From NCBI GenBank assembly GCA_965240325.2, contig OZ251229.1, forward strand, positions 1,488,001 to 1,552,000: a stretch of 64,000 bases of DNA. The letters are read 5' to 3'. The notes beneath the pieces were generated by a model. It saw only the letters and a program-made list of their open reading frames with translations, made no database searches and had not been told where the DNA came from. A program made the position numbers and the translations under genes. How positions within the stretch are numbered: the stretch's first letter is position 1; every line of letters begins with the position of its first letter. This stretch comes from Rebecca billardiae RCC1528 (lineage: Eukaryota; Protista; Haptophyta). Shown here piece after piece: positions 35,355-45,510 of this stretch.

Positions 35355-37760
35355 ATGGCGGCCGGCATGCGCGTGGCCGTCCTGCTGCCGTGCTTGCACG
35401 CGACGCTGACGCTGGGCGTGCGGCCAGATGACGTGCTTTGGGCTCCACCGGTGATGTACGAGCCCCCACGCGCGCTGCGCAGTGCCGCGTACGTACACTT
35501 CCCCGGCACGCAGTCGTTTGCGCACACGGTCGTGCACCACGTGTGCCCGCGACTGCGCCTGTGGTCGGTCGACTTTGACCGCCGCCTGAGCTGGGCAGAG
35601 CTGGCGCGGCTGGGCGTGTGCGAGCGCTCGCGGCTCAACCGGCGGGCGCCATCGAATATGGCGAAGGGGCTGACCTTTGACGACGAGCGCGCGCTGATGG
35701 ATGCGGGTGAGGATCGCAGCCAGCTGGTGCTGCTCTTTGCGCATCCCGCCACGCGCGTCGCGCGCGTGCTCGAGCTGATGCAAAAGCATCCGCTCCCTCC
35801 GAGCTGGCAGCTACCGAGCAAGAAGGTTGAGCGCAACGTGCGCTCGCGGGCGTCCAACATGAGCAAGGCGCTCAGGACGCGATGGCTCGACGGCTGCTTT
35901 GCCAAGATGCTGAGCGGCCACGCGTGCCACGCCCCGCTGCCGCTCGGGCCCACGCCCGCAGCGCGTGGCGCGCAGCTGCCGTGCGGCGCGGGGCCGGCGG
36001 GTGGCGCGGCGCGCGATTTGGCGATGCCATCGGCCGCGTGCCTGGCGAGCCGAGCCGTGCAGCTGCTCGCTCCACCGGCAGCTCGGGCACCGGGCGCGCA
36101 TGCGCTCGGCGAACCGACGCGCGGCGCGGCACCGCGCGAGGCGCCCACTGCGGGCGGCGGGCGCGCCGAGCCTGCTGCTCGTGTGTTCGTCGGGCTGGAG
36201 CACCTCTGGGCGCAGTCGGTGTGCCTGTTCCATGCGGCGCACGGAGGGCCCGTGCACCGCGCCGAGCTCGAGCGCGCGCCCCCCGGCTGGGAGAAGTGGG
36301 CGGGGCGGCCGGCCTCGTCGCTGCTCTCAAAGCTCGAGCAAGCGCGGCTGCCGCCGAACCTCGCAGGCCTGCTGTCGGGCGCAGACGCCGCGGAGGTTGC
36401 GGCGCGGCTCGCACGGCCGGGGCTCGAGCTGCCGCTCGGCACAGTCGACGCGCTCGTGTACGTGATGGCGAAGCGCGCCTTTGCGCGCGCGTGGCGCGCG
36501 TCGCGCGCGCCCATTGACGGCTGCGTGCGCGCGCTGCGCGATGCGCACGCTCACGACATCGCCAACGGCACGGCGGCGTGGCGAGGCACTGGGCGCACGT
36601 GCCCCGCGGTGACGACGCCCGCCCGGGCAGCGGACGGCGTCAACGGCGAGGAGGCGGGCACGGCCGCCTCGCCGTGCGCGGCGGGCGACGGCGGCGCGTG
36701 CAGCGCGCGCCTGCGGTTCCCGCGCGCTCTGGCGGTCGGCTTCCACGGCCACTACGACAGGCTGGGCCGCGGCCTCGCGCTCACCGAGCTCAGCACCGGG
36801 CCCATTCGGTTCTGCTCCGACTATTGGCGCGTGGCGCCCGGCGTGCGCGCGCGCGTGCTCGACGCCGCGCGCGCGGCCGGCGCGCGCGTGCGCGTCTACC
36901 TCCACTCGTATGCCAGCGGGTGCTCGCCCAAGGACCGCGCACTGCTGCGCGCTCTGCGGCCGGCGCGGTACGAGCTCTCCGCGCAGCTGCTGCCGCGCGT
37001 GGCTGACTCGTACCTGCGCGTGCTCGGCATGATGCTCGGCGACGACGGCAGCGGCGAGGACGAGCCGGAGTACGGCGCGCAGCCGAGCGCTCGCGACGCC
37101 CCGTCCTCGCCGCCCTTTGCGGCGAGCGGGTTTGTGCTGCTGCGGTTTGACACAGTGCTGCACGCGCCGCTGCACAAGCTGCCCATACTCTGGGGCGCGC
37201 TCAGCCTCGCGTTCCGCGACAAGCGCTGGGCGTGGCGCACGGAGTGCAGAGCGTCGGACCTCTTCTTCGCGGGCGCGATGGCGCACGCGCCCGCGCTCGT
37301 CACCGCCATCAACGTCACCGCATCGGTCGGCTCGACCAAGGAGGAGCGCGCGAGGCGGCGGGGCTCGCTGCACACCGTGTACGTGCCGCTGGCGGCGCTG
37401 CTCGGCGACGGCGCCGTGCGCTTCGTGGACGAGGGGCGCACGGGGTCCTCGTCGTTGCACGTGGGCTCGGGGCGCAACGAGCACCTCTCGTTCATCGCGA
37501 TCGATCGGCGATGCGAGGGCATTGACCTGGACCGGCGGATCGCCGCGCGCGCCGCGCAGCTGGGCGCACGCGCGGCGGGCGGCGGCGAGGCTGGACAGCA
37601 CCCGCCGCGCGCGGCCGAAGGCAACGGCACGCTGTGCTGGCGTGGTGAACGGTTCGCCAACGCTGCACCGAAACCTACAGAGCATGGACTTGCGCTGGAG
37701 CGCGCAGCGGCTGCGGAAACCAGGCCGGAGCTCGCCATGGCGTTCGCCGCGTTCGGCTGA
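35355..37760 (+). CDS. Secreted two-domain protein: degenerate sulfotransferase-like + putative glycosyltransferase-like domain
   Basis: Signal peptide; YVHFP, HPATRV, FVGLE..W.QS, D.LVY..A...F; second domain LAVGFHG, VYLHSY, LLRFD, SDLFF. Confidence 0.55.
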   Translation: MAAGMRVAVLLPCLHATLTLGVRPDDVLWAPPVMYEPPRALRSAAYVHFPGTQSFAHTVVHHVCPRLRLWSVDFDRRLSWAELARLGVCERSRLNRRAPSNMAKGLTFDDERALMDAGEDRSQLVLLFAHPATRVARVLELMQKHPLPPSWQLPSKKVERNVRSRASNMSKALRTRWLDGCFAKMLSGHACHAPLPLGPTPAARGAQLPCGAGPAGGAARDLAMPSAACLASRAVQLLAPPAARAPGAHALGEPTRGAAPREAPTAGGGRAEPAARVFVGLEHLWAQSVCLFHAAHGGPVHRAELERAPPGWEKWAGRPASSLLSKLEQARLPPNLAGLLSGADAAEVAARLARPGLELPLGTVDALVYVMAKRAFARAWRASRAPIDGCVRALRDAHAHDIANGTAAWRGTGRTCPAVTTPARAADGVNGEEAGTAASPCAAGDGGACSARLRFPRALAVGFHGHYDRLGRGLALTELSTGPIRFCSDYWRVAPGVRARVLDAARAAGARVRVYLHSYASGCSPKDRALLRALRPARYELSAQLLPRVADSYLRVLGMMLGDDGSGEDEPEYGAQPSARDAPSSPPFAASGFVLLRFDTVLHAPLHKLPILWGALSLAFRDKRWAWRTECRASDLFFAGAMAHAPALVTAINVTASVGSTKEERARRRGSLHTVYVPLAALLGDGAVRFVDEGRTGSSSLHVGSGRNEHLSFIAIDRRCEGIDLDRRIAARAAQLGARAAGGGEAGQHPPRAAEGNGTLCWRGERFANAAPKPTEHGLALERAAAAETRPELAMAFAAFG

Positions 37761-38017
37761 TACGCGCAGATTACTATGAATACATGCATGACGAATCGCG
37801 TTATATATAATATATATAAGACCGATGACTCCGACACGACCCGGCAGGTCTCAGACCTACGCTATACTAAGACGTACTCGTCAGACCGTTGTATAGTGCC
37901 GACTGTTGGCGAATAGCTGGGCCTCGCCCAGTGGCTGACAGTCTGCCGGCCAAGCCGGCGCCATATATATATATGCCAATACACTATACAGTGACACGGC
38001 ACTCACGAGCGGCCCTC

Positions 38018-38177
38018 GGCTCACATCTGTCTCCAGGGACACCTGCGTGGCGTGTGAGACCCCTTCACTATCTACTGGCATGTGGTGGGTGTGGAGCAAC
38101 CTCACGTTGGGCCGCGTGCATTGTCACAGATTGCACCCGGTCGGCATGTGCTTGCTTGCAGTCGGCAAGCAACGACA
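38018..38177 (+). repeat. Dispersed repeat, copy B
   Basis: Direct-orientation match to 34982-35168 with indels. Confidence 0.85.
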
Positions 38178-39129
38178 GTGCGCCGATTCCATTCGCGATA
38201 CCCCCCGATACAAGTGGATACGGGCTAATTGGACACAGGGGCTATCTGGACACTCAGCGGGCGGCGGCCCGCGTGGCGAAGGCTCGTGGGCGAATAAGCA
38301 CGAGCACCCACTGGCGGGTCGTCACGACGGCGCACGATGTTCGCTGAACTCACCTGGTCGTGGGACATCGTCTGCGCACGCGCCAGGTCGCACTTCCCGC
38401 CGCCTTCGCCTTGTTTCGTGAGTTCGGCGCACAAGACCGAACGCCAGCGTTGCAAGCCGCAAGACGCGTGCGCGGACTCAGGAAGGGCGGACTCCGGGGC
38501 AGGGCGCGGCTGCGCTGGCGTGGGTGGGTCCCAGCGCAACCGCCCGAGCCGCTGCACACGCTTTTCCTCCGCGCGCGCGTCTCTGAGCTCGATTCCCATG
38601 CCTCTGCCGCGGAGCTCCAGGGACCCCCTGAAGTCCATCCCTGGCGCCCCTTCGACCCCAATGCTCCCAAAGAGGCCTCTCCGCGTGAGTTGGGCCGGCC
38701 ACTGTCCAGTAAGCCCGTATCCACACCTGGACGCTCGCTTGAAGCACGCCGGCGTCGGGAAGGCAGCCATGCTGGGGAGCCGGAGCACCGAAATGTGAGA
38801 GCAGCAACGGAAAAGTGAGCGCGTGCTGATAAATAATAGCCTAATACAAACTTGAAACTTCAAACTGCGCGCGGAGGCCGCAGCTGCCGCGTTCCAGGGT
38901 CGGGACGATATGATGGAATTCGTCATTGTCGCATCAGTTCAAGCAGCCGAAAGTTACGGTACCCTCATCCAGCAAGAGTTGAGTATGGGGGTAGAGTTCA
39001 CAAAACTTACTTTACCTGCCAGTGCTGGCTGACGCGTAATCAAGCAGTCCGGTTCCCACGCGCGCGCCATCCAAGCAGGGCGCCCGCGGCGCAAAGGGCG
39101 TACCCGGCGCCCCCCACCCAAAGGCGGCG

Positions 39130-40908
39130 ATGCTGCCGACGCTAGGCAAAGGGGGGATGGGCGACGCTGCCGACGTGGAGCAGGGCCGTGGCGGTGGGAA
39201 CAGTGCGGCGCGGAGCAAGCTGCGCACCACGATCCAGGTGGTGAGTAGCCTGCCAGATCCCTTCCTGAAGGCACAGCAGATGCGGAAGGACCACTGGCGG
39301 CCGCTCAAGCTGCGCTTCTCGCGGGGCGAGCTCCACTCGACGGGCCGCCCGCGCATGCCGCACGCGAGGGACGCGACAACGCTCGACGCCATCCGGCTGC
39401 ACGTGCCCAAGGCGCAGCGAACCAACGAACGCTACCTCAAGATGCGCGACGCGCGCATTGAGCTGCCGAAGAACATCGGCAAGTGGCTCGTCGATCCGGA
39501 CAATCTGGCGCCGGACCCGTACGCCACGCGGCACCAGCAGATCCTGTACTCAGCGCGGATCAGCGTCCGCTTCAAGGTGCGCGCATGGTGTGCCTCACCC
39601 CCATCTGCTCAGCGCCACTCGTGCGCGCCGCCAGTGCGCCACATCCGGCTGCGCGTGCGCTGCCTGCTGCACCTGCGCTCACTGTGAGCTCGCCCTTCCT
39701 CCCGTTCGCGCGCGTTCGGGCGCGAAGGACCACATCCTCTCGGAGGGCCCGTGCGCGTACGCCCTCGCGTGCCCGTTCCCGTTCATGGTGCGGCGCGCGC
39801 GCGCGCGCAGCAGCGCGCGTCTGCGCGCACGCGCGCTCCACTCCTCTGCCCTCCGCTCGCACGCGCGCACCGCAGATCTGCTCGTACATGTACGACTTGT
39901 GGCGCGTGTACACGTGCCAAGGGTGCTCGCGTGGCGTCGTCTCCTTCGACCAGCCCGCGCTGTGGGTGCGCAAGCAGTACGACAAGCGCGCGTACGTCCA
40001 CGTTTACAACAACCGGATCGAGGCCAATTATCCGGTCGTGCGCTTTCCGTGGGGCGTGCTCGGCTGCGGCAGCTGGAACCAGGACCGCGTGATGGTGCAC
40101 TACTTCGACCGCGGCTCGTTCGGCTTCCGTCAGGTGCCGTGCGGCACGCGCTACCACTGCTGCTGCGCGTGGGAGCCGTTTGGCGAGGTGGGCGGCCGGC
40201 AGCGCTGCCCGTGCAACGGCCCCCTGATCGAGAGGAACGGCTCCGTGCACTGCGGGCAGTGGTGGTGCGACTCGTGGCTGTGCACGATGTGCTGCTGCCA
40301 CTTCCACTACCCGGGTGCGCGCCGCCGCGCCGCGCCACGCCGCGCCCCGCCGCGCGCCGCGCCGCGCGCCCCGCCGCGCCGCGCGCCCTGCGCCTCCGCT
40401 CATCCCCGCGCGGCCCGCCGGTGCGTGCGGCCGTCCGTCTGTGTGCGCTCGCGCGACTGCATGCGCGCGTGCGTCCACCGCAGGGATGGTGGACGCGCAG
40501 GAGTTCGCGGTGGCGTCGGAGGTGGCGCTGCAGTCGTACTTCCGGGGGCACTGGTACACGAAGGAGGAGTTCGACGAGGCGCTCGACCTCGAGCTCGCCG
40601 TGCGCCACCTGCCCAAGAAGCGAGGGCCGTTCCGATTCGACGTGGACAAGTACTCCTACTCGCGCACGATGGCTGCGATTGCGATCATTTTCGGGCTGCT
40701 GACGATCGCGCTGCAGATCGGGGTCGCGCTCGGGCTCGCGATGTACATCCAGTGGAGCGCGCACAAGCAGTGGTACGAGTCGTACTGGCAGGTGGTCTCG
40801 CGCCCGGAGTCGTACCCCGAGTTCGCCTCGAACACCACGCGCGTGTTCATTGCGATCGTGCCAGGTGTGAGCAACGATGACTTGCGCAACTCATCCAGCT
40901 CTGGCTGA
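39130..40908 (+). CDS. Cys-rich hypothetical membrane protein; exons 39130-39576, 39728-39787, 39876-40314, 40484-40908
   Basis: Three GT-AG introns keep one frame; CCC clusters; C-terminal hydrophobic helix; strong GC3 bias. Confidence 0.7.
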
Positions 40909-42088
40909 GCGAGGGAAGTAGCGCGGGTGGCTGCGGGGACCGTCAGGCGGGAGCTGCCCGAGGGCAGCCCGAGGGCAGCCCGAGGGTAGCCAGAGGCTGC
41001 AGCTAGAGGCCGTGCCGCCCGGTGGCCGGTGGCACCGCGGCCGAGGGCGAGCCGTGTGTCACTCACTCACTCAGTCACTGTCGTGAACCAATCAGTGAAC
41101 CCGGACTCCCGGGCGCCGGGGCGGGCGCGCCGGGATCAGACTGGACGGAGCGGGCCCGCACAGCCTGGCACTCGTGAGCACCGTATCGATCTTGGCCCGC
41201 GGTGCAGGGCGGAGCGCGCAGCGTGGAGCCCGCACCAGCGGGCCCGAACCACGTTTCAAAAAGATCTTTGATCAAGAAAAAAGGGACGGGGGGCGGCGGA
41301 AAAAAAGGGACGGGGGGCGATTTTTAGGGCTGGCGGAGACCGAGTTTCGAGTTTTTGAGATCGCATTGAGAGGTCTATCAGGCCAAAAAAAAGCGCGCCC
41401 AGCTGATTCCCTTAAGTAAAGTGCGATCTGGACGTCAGCTGGACGTGACATTAGTGTAACGGTTCGTTACGAGCGAATCGTACTCGTCTTCCCGGATCGC
41501 GTGACGTCCGGACTGGGCCACATCCGGATCGTCGGAGGTGACGTGCCCCGGCACGATGGGCGATGGCGGATATGCGGGACGGCGCCTGCACGTGCCTCCG
41601 GACCCGCCTCCCGCTTGCTGCTCACGCAGTCAGCTGCGACCGTGGCGCATGATCGCAGAAGCAGTGCCGGCAGTACGGCCTGCATCAGCTAGTGCCGCGC
41701 CGTCGTGGCGCGCGCGGTACGGTTGCGCGTTTGCAGCGCTCGCCACTCGCCCTCGGCGACGGCACGCGCGTGCGGCTCAGGTGTGTCAAATGCGGTCTCG
41801 TCGGCGCGCTTTCGCCTGCCACCTCGTGCACCCGTGCCGCCAGTTTCATCGTCTTCATGAGGACTGCTGCTGCTGTCGCCATCCGCTCTCCATCACCCCG
41901 AGTCGCCGGTCGCGCGGCGCGCGCGGTAGGCACTAGGCACTAGGCAGGGCGTACGGTCACTCACCCGTGCAACGGGTCAAGTGGCCAGAGTACGTCTGGT
42001 CGTTGGCTGGCACGGGCCGCAGCGCTAAAGCACCCTGCTGTCACACCCGACTCCTTCAGTACTCCGAGCTCCGCGGCACGACTCACTC

Positions 42089-42236
42089 GGCACGATCGCG
42101 GACGGGTCGGATCCGAGCTGATCAGCCAGAGTTGGACACAGTTTGGCAGCTACTAGTAGTAATTCCGATGCCGATGGCACGATCGCGGACGGGTCGGATC
42201 CGAGCTGATCAGCCAGTTGGACATTTGGCAGCTAGT
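42089..42236. repeat. Two-copy direct repeat (~60-70 bp)
   Basis: GGCACGATCGCGGACGGGTCGGATCCGAGCTGATCAGCCAG at 42089 and 42176. Confidence 0.9.
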
Positions 42237-42487
42237 TGTCAGACGGACGTCCGATTTGACGACCGGTGCCGGGTGCGGTCTCAGGTCCGCTGCTGTGATT
42301 GTGTGAAGTGTGAATGAGTCTCGCGGTCGCGCAGGCAGGGCGACGGTCGGACTAATATAGCTTCAGTCATCTCAGAACCGACTTCAACTGGCGAACTGCC
42401 ACTACGGCGGAGAGCCGCGATTGCACGGCCACCGCGGGCCCCCAACTGCGTTGATTCTATGCAGAAAAGGACCGCGGAACGCGGTCA

Positions 42488-43325
42488 TATATTATTCAAT
42501 AATCTTGTGATTCAGTATGATGTGAATGTGACCGTGCTCCGGAACCCGTCACCACTCACAGTCAGTACAGTCAGTCACTGCTGCGTGCACCGCGGCATGC
42601 CGACTGGCCGCGACGCGGAGCGGCGGAGCCCGGCCGGCCACTAGTGACTAGTTACTAGTTATTAGATGACGCCATTTATTTGACGGCTCAGACGGTCCGC
42701 GCGGAACTACTGGCAGTGGCACCGTCAGTCTGACAGTCTCAGCAGAGTCAGAACACTCATGACTATGTGTCTCGATGTCTCGTCATCATCCGCGAAGTCC
42801 TTCGACCCGACGACCGCGAAAATGGCGGCCGATGGGCGATCAATGATCATCACTCACTCGATCAGCTCCATCACTGCATCACAGATCACTCGTCTGATGC
42901 GGTGATTATATTATTCAATAATCTTGTGATTCAGTATGATGTGAATGTGACCGTGCTCCGGAACCCGTCACCACTCACAGTCAGTACAGTCAGTCACTGC
43001 TGCGTGCACCGCGGCGTGCCGACTGGCCGCGACGCGGAGCGGCGGAGCCCGGCCGGCCACTAGTGACTAGTTACTAGTTATTAGATGACGCCATTTATTT
43101 GACGGCTCAGACGGTCCGCGCGGAACTACTGGCAGTGGCACCGTCAGTCGGACAGTCTCAGCAGAGTCAGGACACTCATGACTATGTGTCTCGATGTCTC
43201 GTCATCATCCGCGAAGTCCTTCGACCCGACGACCGCGAAAATGGCGGCCGATGGGCGATCAATGATCATCACTCACTCGATCAGCTCCATCACTGCATCA
43301 CAGATCACTCGTCTGATGCGGTGAT
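42488..43325. repeat. Recent tandem duplication, 2 x 419 bp
   Basis: Units 42488-42906 and 42907-43325; three substitutions seen by eye. Confidence 0.97.
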
Positions 43326-43597
43326 GCCAGGTTTAGATCCTGCTGCTGACGAATGTGCAGTTTAGCTTATTCTCGAGTAACTTACAAATTATTAAATTAA
43401 ATAATGACTTACAATTAGTATCGTCGTGCCTGCAGATGCGCCGTGACTTGAGACTCAGTAACTTAGAGGCCGCAGGCCGCAGCCCTCATCGGCTTGACAT
43501 GGCCAGGCCTCGCGGGCGGCGGACGGATGGCTGTTAAACGAATCTTCGGACGGCGCAACCATATATCGGCGACGGCTTCATGGGCGGTGACAGTTGG

Positions 43598-43701
43598 CGG
43601 GCGTCAATCTCGCCTGCCTCAGCCTGAGCTGTGTGCGTCTCTTACAGTTTATACTAAGAATAAGAGACGCACACAGCTCAGGCAGGCGAGATTGACGCCC
43701 G
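43598..43701. repeat. Hairpin/inverted repeat, 41-bp arms, 16-nt loop
   Basis: 43598-43644 is the reverse complement of 43661-43701 apart from a 6-nt insertion in the left arm. Confidence 0.92.
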
Positions 43702-44959
43702 TATTCTTATAACGTATACCGGTGATGGCAACGACGATGATGTCGTCGCGAATAATTATGTCATCGATACTCGATGATAATAGCAGCAGCAGCAGTTTTT
43801 CCGCGGGGGGGGCACGTCCGTTTCGACGGGACGGCCGCCCCCGCGGCTTTGCGTAGCATCAAGGAGAGTCCGGAAAATGGAATCCGGGGACGCTCTTCAA
43901 CTCGCGGGGGGGGCCTGTTGACGGCCGCGCCGAGCACCCGAGCGTGTCGACCCGCGCCTCGTGTGTACACGCGCATTTGGCGGGGCGCGCGCGGAGCGCG
44001 CCGCGAGTGGGCGCGTCGGCCCGTACGCTCGGAGCCCTCTTCAGGAAAATTCCGAGCGCGCCGCGCCGCGCCCGTCGCGCCGCGCTGCGTCGTGCGCCGT
44101 GCACACGTTCGGCTCGGCTCGGGTGCCGAGCGCCGTCGACGAGCGGGAAGAGCTCCAGGGGCGGGTGCGCTGGCGCGGGCGGGGTGTGGAGGCACGATGT
44201 GGGAGTCTACCTCTCGTACCGGGCGCGCGCGCCCGCTCGGCGCCGTCGCTTCGCGCGGCCGTAGGCGTCCAAGCGTCGATGGTTTGGCCTCGAGAACCGC
44301 TAGAAGGGGGGCTGCCTGCCGCAAGCGACGCGGGTAACGATTGACGAGACCGAGCACGCATCTGACGAGAACCGAATACGCACCAGGCGGCACGCGCAAC
44401 GGCCCAGCACATGGAGGCTCGATGGCCGCGCGCCGCGCGCTCATCAGGCGGGGCGCGCGCACGGAGTCCGCCGCGCGTGGGGGCCTCAGGCCCCCGGGAG
44501 AAGCAAGCGCGGCATCGCCGCGCCGTGCCCGCGCCACGGCATACGTCCAACGACCCAGGTGCGACCGCGCACGCTGCGCGCTATGCGGCACTCTGGGGCG
44601 GATGGTCATGGTGCGCGCCGCGCGCGCGGGGGCTGCATGTGGAGGCGGGCGGTGGTTGTCCGGCTCGCTCGCCGCGCGCGCGCGTCGCCCTGCGTTACGC
44701 TATGAACTCTTTGTGCGCGCACGGTGCGGATGCTGCACGAGTAAGCCACGGTGCTTAGTGTCACGGTCTTGGTCCGCACTCACTCCACTGTCTCGCCGCG
44801 CCAGCACGTTGCGGCTGCAGCAGCCGCAGCTCACGGGACCAATGATGCCAGGTGTCAAATCTGAATCGGCAGGGAAGCGGAAGGAGCGCGCCACCTAGCG
44901 TGCGGCTCGTGCTGGAGGGCGGCCCGGTCGGACGCACTACTCTGTACAGACGCCCGTTA

Positions 44960-45189
44960 CGGCCGTGCTGGTGAGGGGGCCGTAGGTGGTCAGGTGCCGT
45001 GACCACTCAGTCACAGGTCTGGCCAGGCTTCAGCGCCGCACGATGACCCCGGCTGGTCGTCATCGGCCGTGCTGGTGAGGCGGGCCGTACGGGTGGTCAG
45101 GTGCAGTGACCACTCAGTCACTGCCAGTCACAGGTCTGGCCAGGCTTCACTCGCCTTCAGCGCCGCACGATGACCCCGGCTGGTCGTCA
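44960..45189. repeat. Two-copy tandem repeat (~103 and ~126 bp)
   Basis: CGGCCGTGCTGGTGAGG...CCCCGGCTGGTCGTCA twice; copy 2 has two 10-nt insertions. Confidence 0.92.
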
Positions 45190-45510
45190 CTCAGTCTCCT
45201 CAACAGATGCCCGGTCGGCTAAGTTGGTCTAAATGGTCACCGTCACCGTGTCGGTTTCAGACAGTGAGTTGTGAGAGTGGTAGCCAGTCAGTCTGCCACT
45301 TGCCACCGTAGCTGCCAGCAAGGGGTCATCGAGGCGGATATCGTTTGCGTAGCACGGCCGGGGCCGCGGATCTTTTTCCTCGAGTTATATCTCACCGCCC
45401 AGAACCGAGAAATCCAGCTATCATAGAAACCGGGCAAACCGCGCGCGGCCCGAATTTCAAGTTCGCCGAAAAGTTCAGATCGAAAAGTGCTCGCGCCACA
45501 GGCCGCCATC

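Noticed and set aside
38225-38926. 233-aa minus-strand ORF
   Set aside because: No motif and weak coding signal; cannot be supported as a gene
41277-41416. Possible TTAA-type transposon end with duplicated AAAAAAGGGACGGGGGGCG
   Set aside because: No matching opposite terminus found in the window
43761-44898. Overlapping Arg/Ala-rich ORFs
   Set aside because: Low-complexity GC-rich sequence; no domain or splice model
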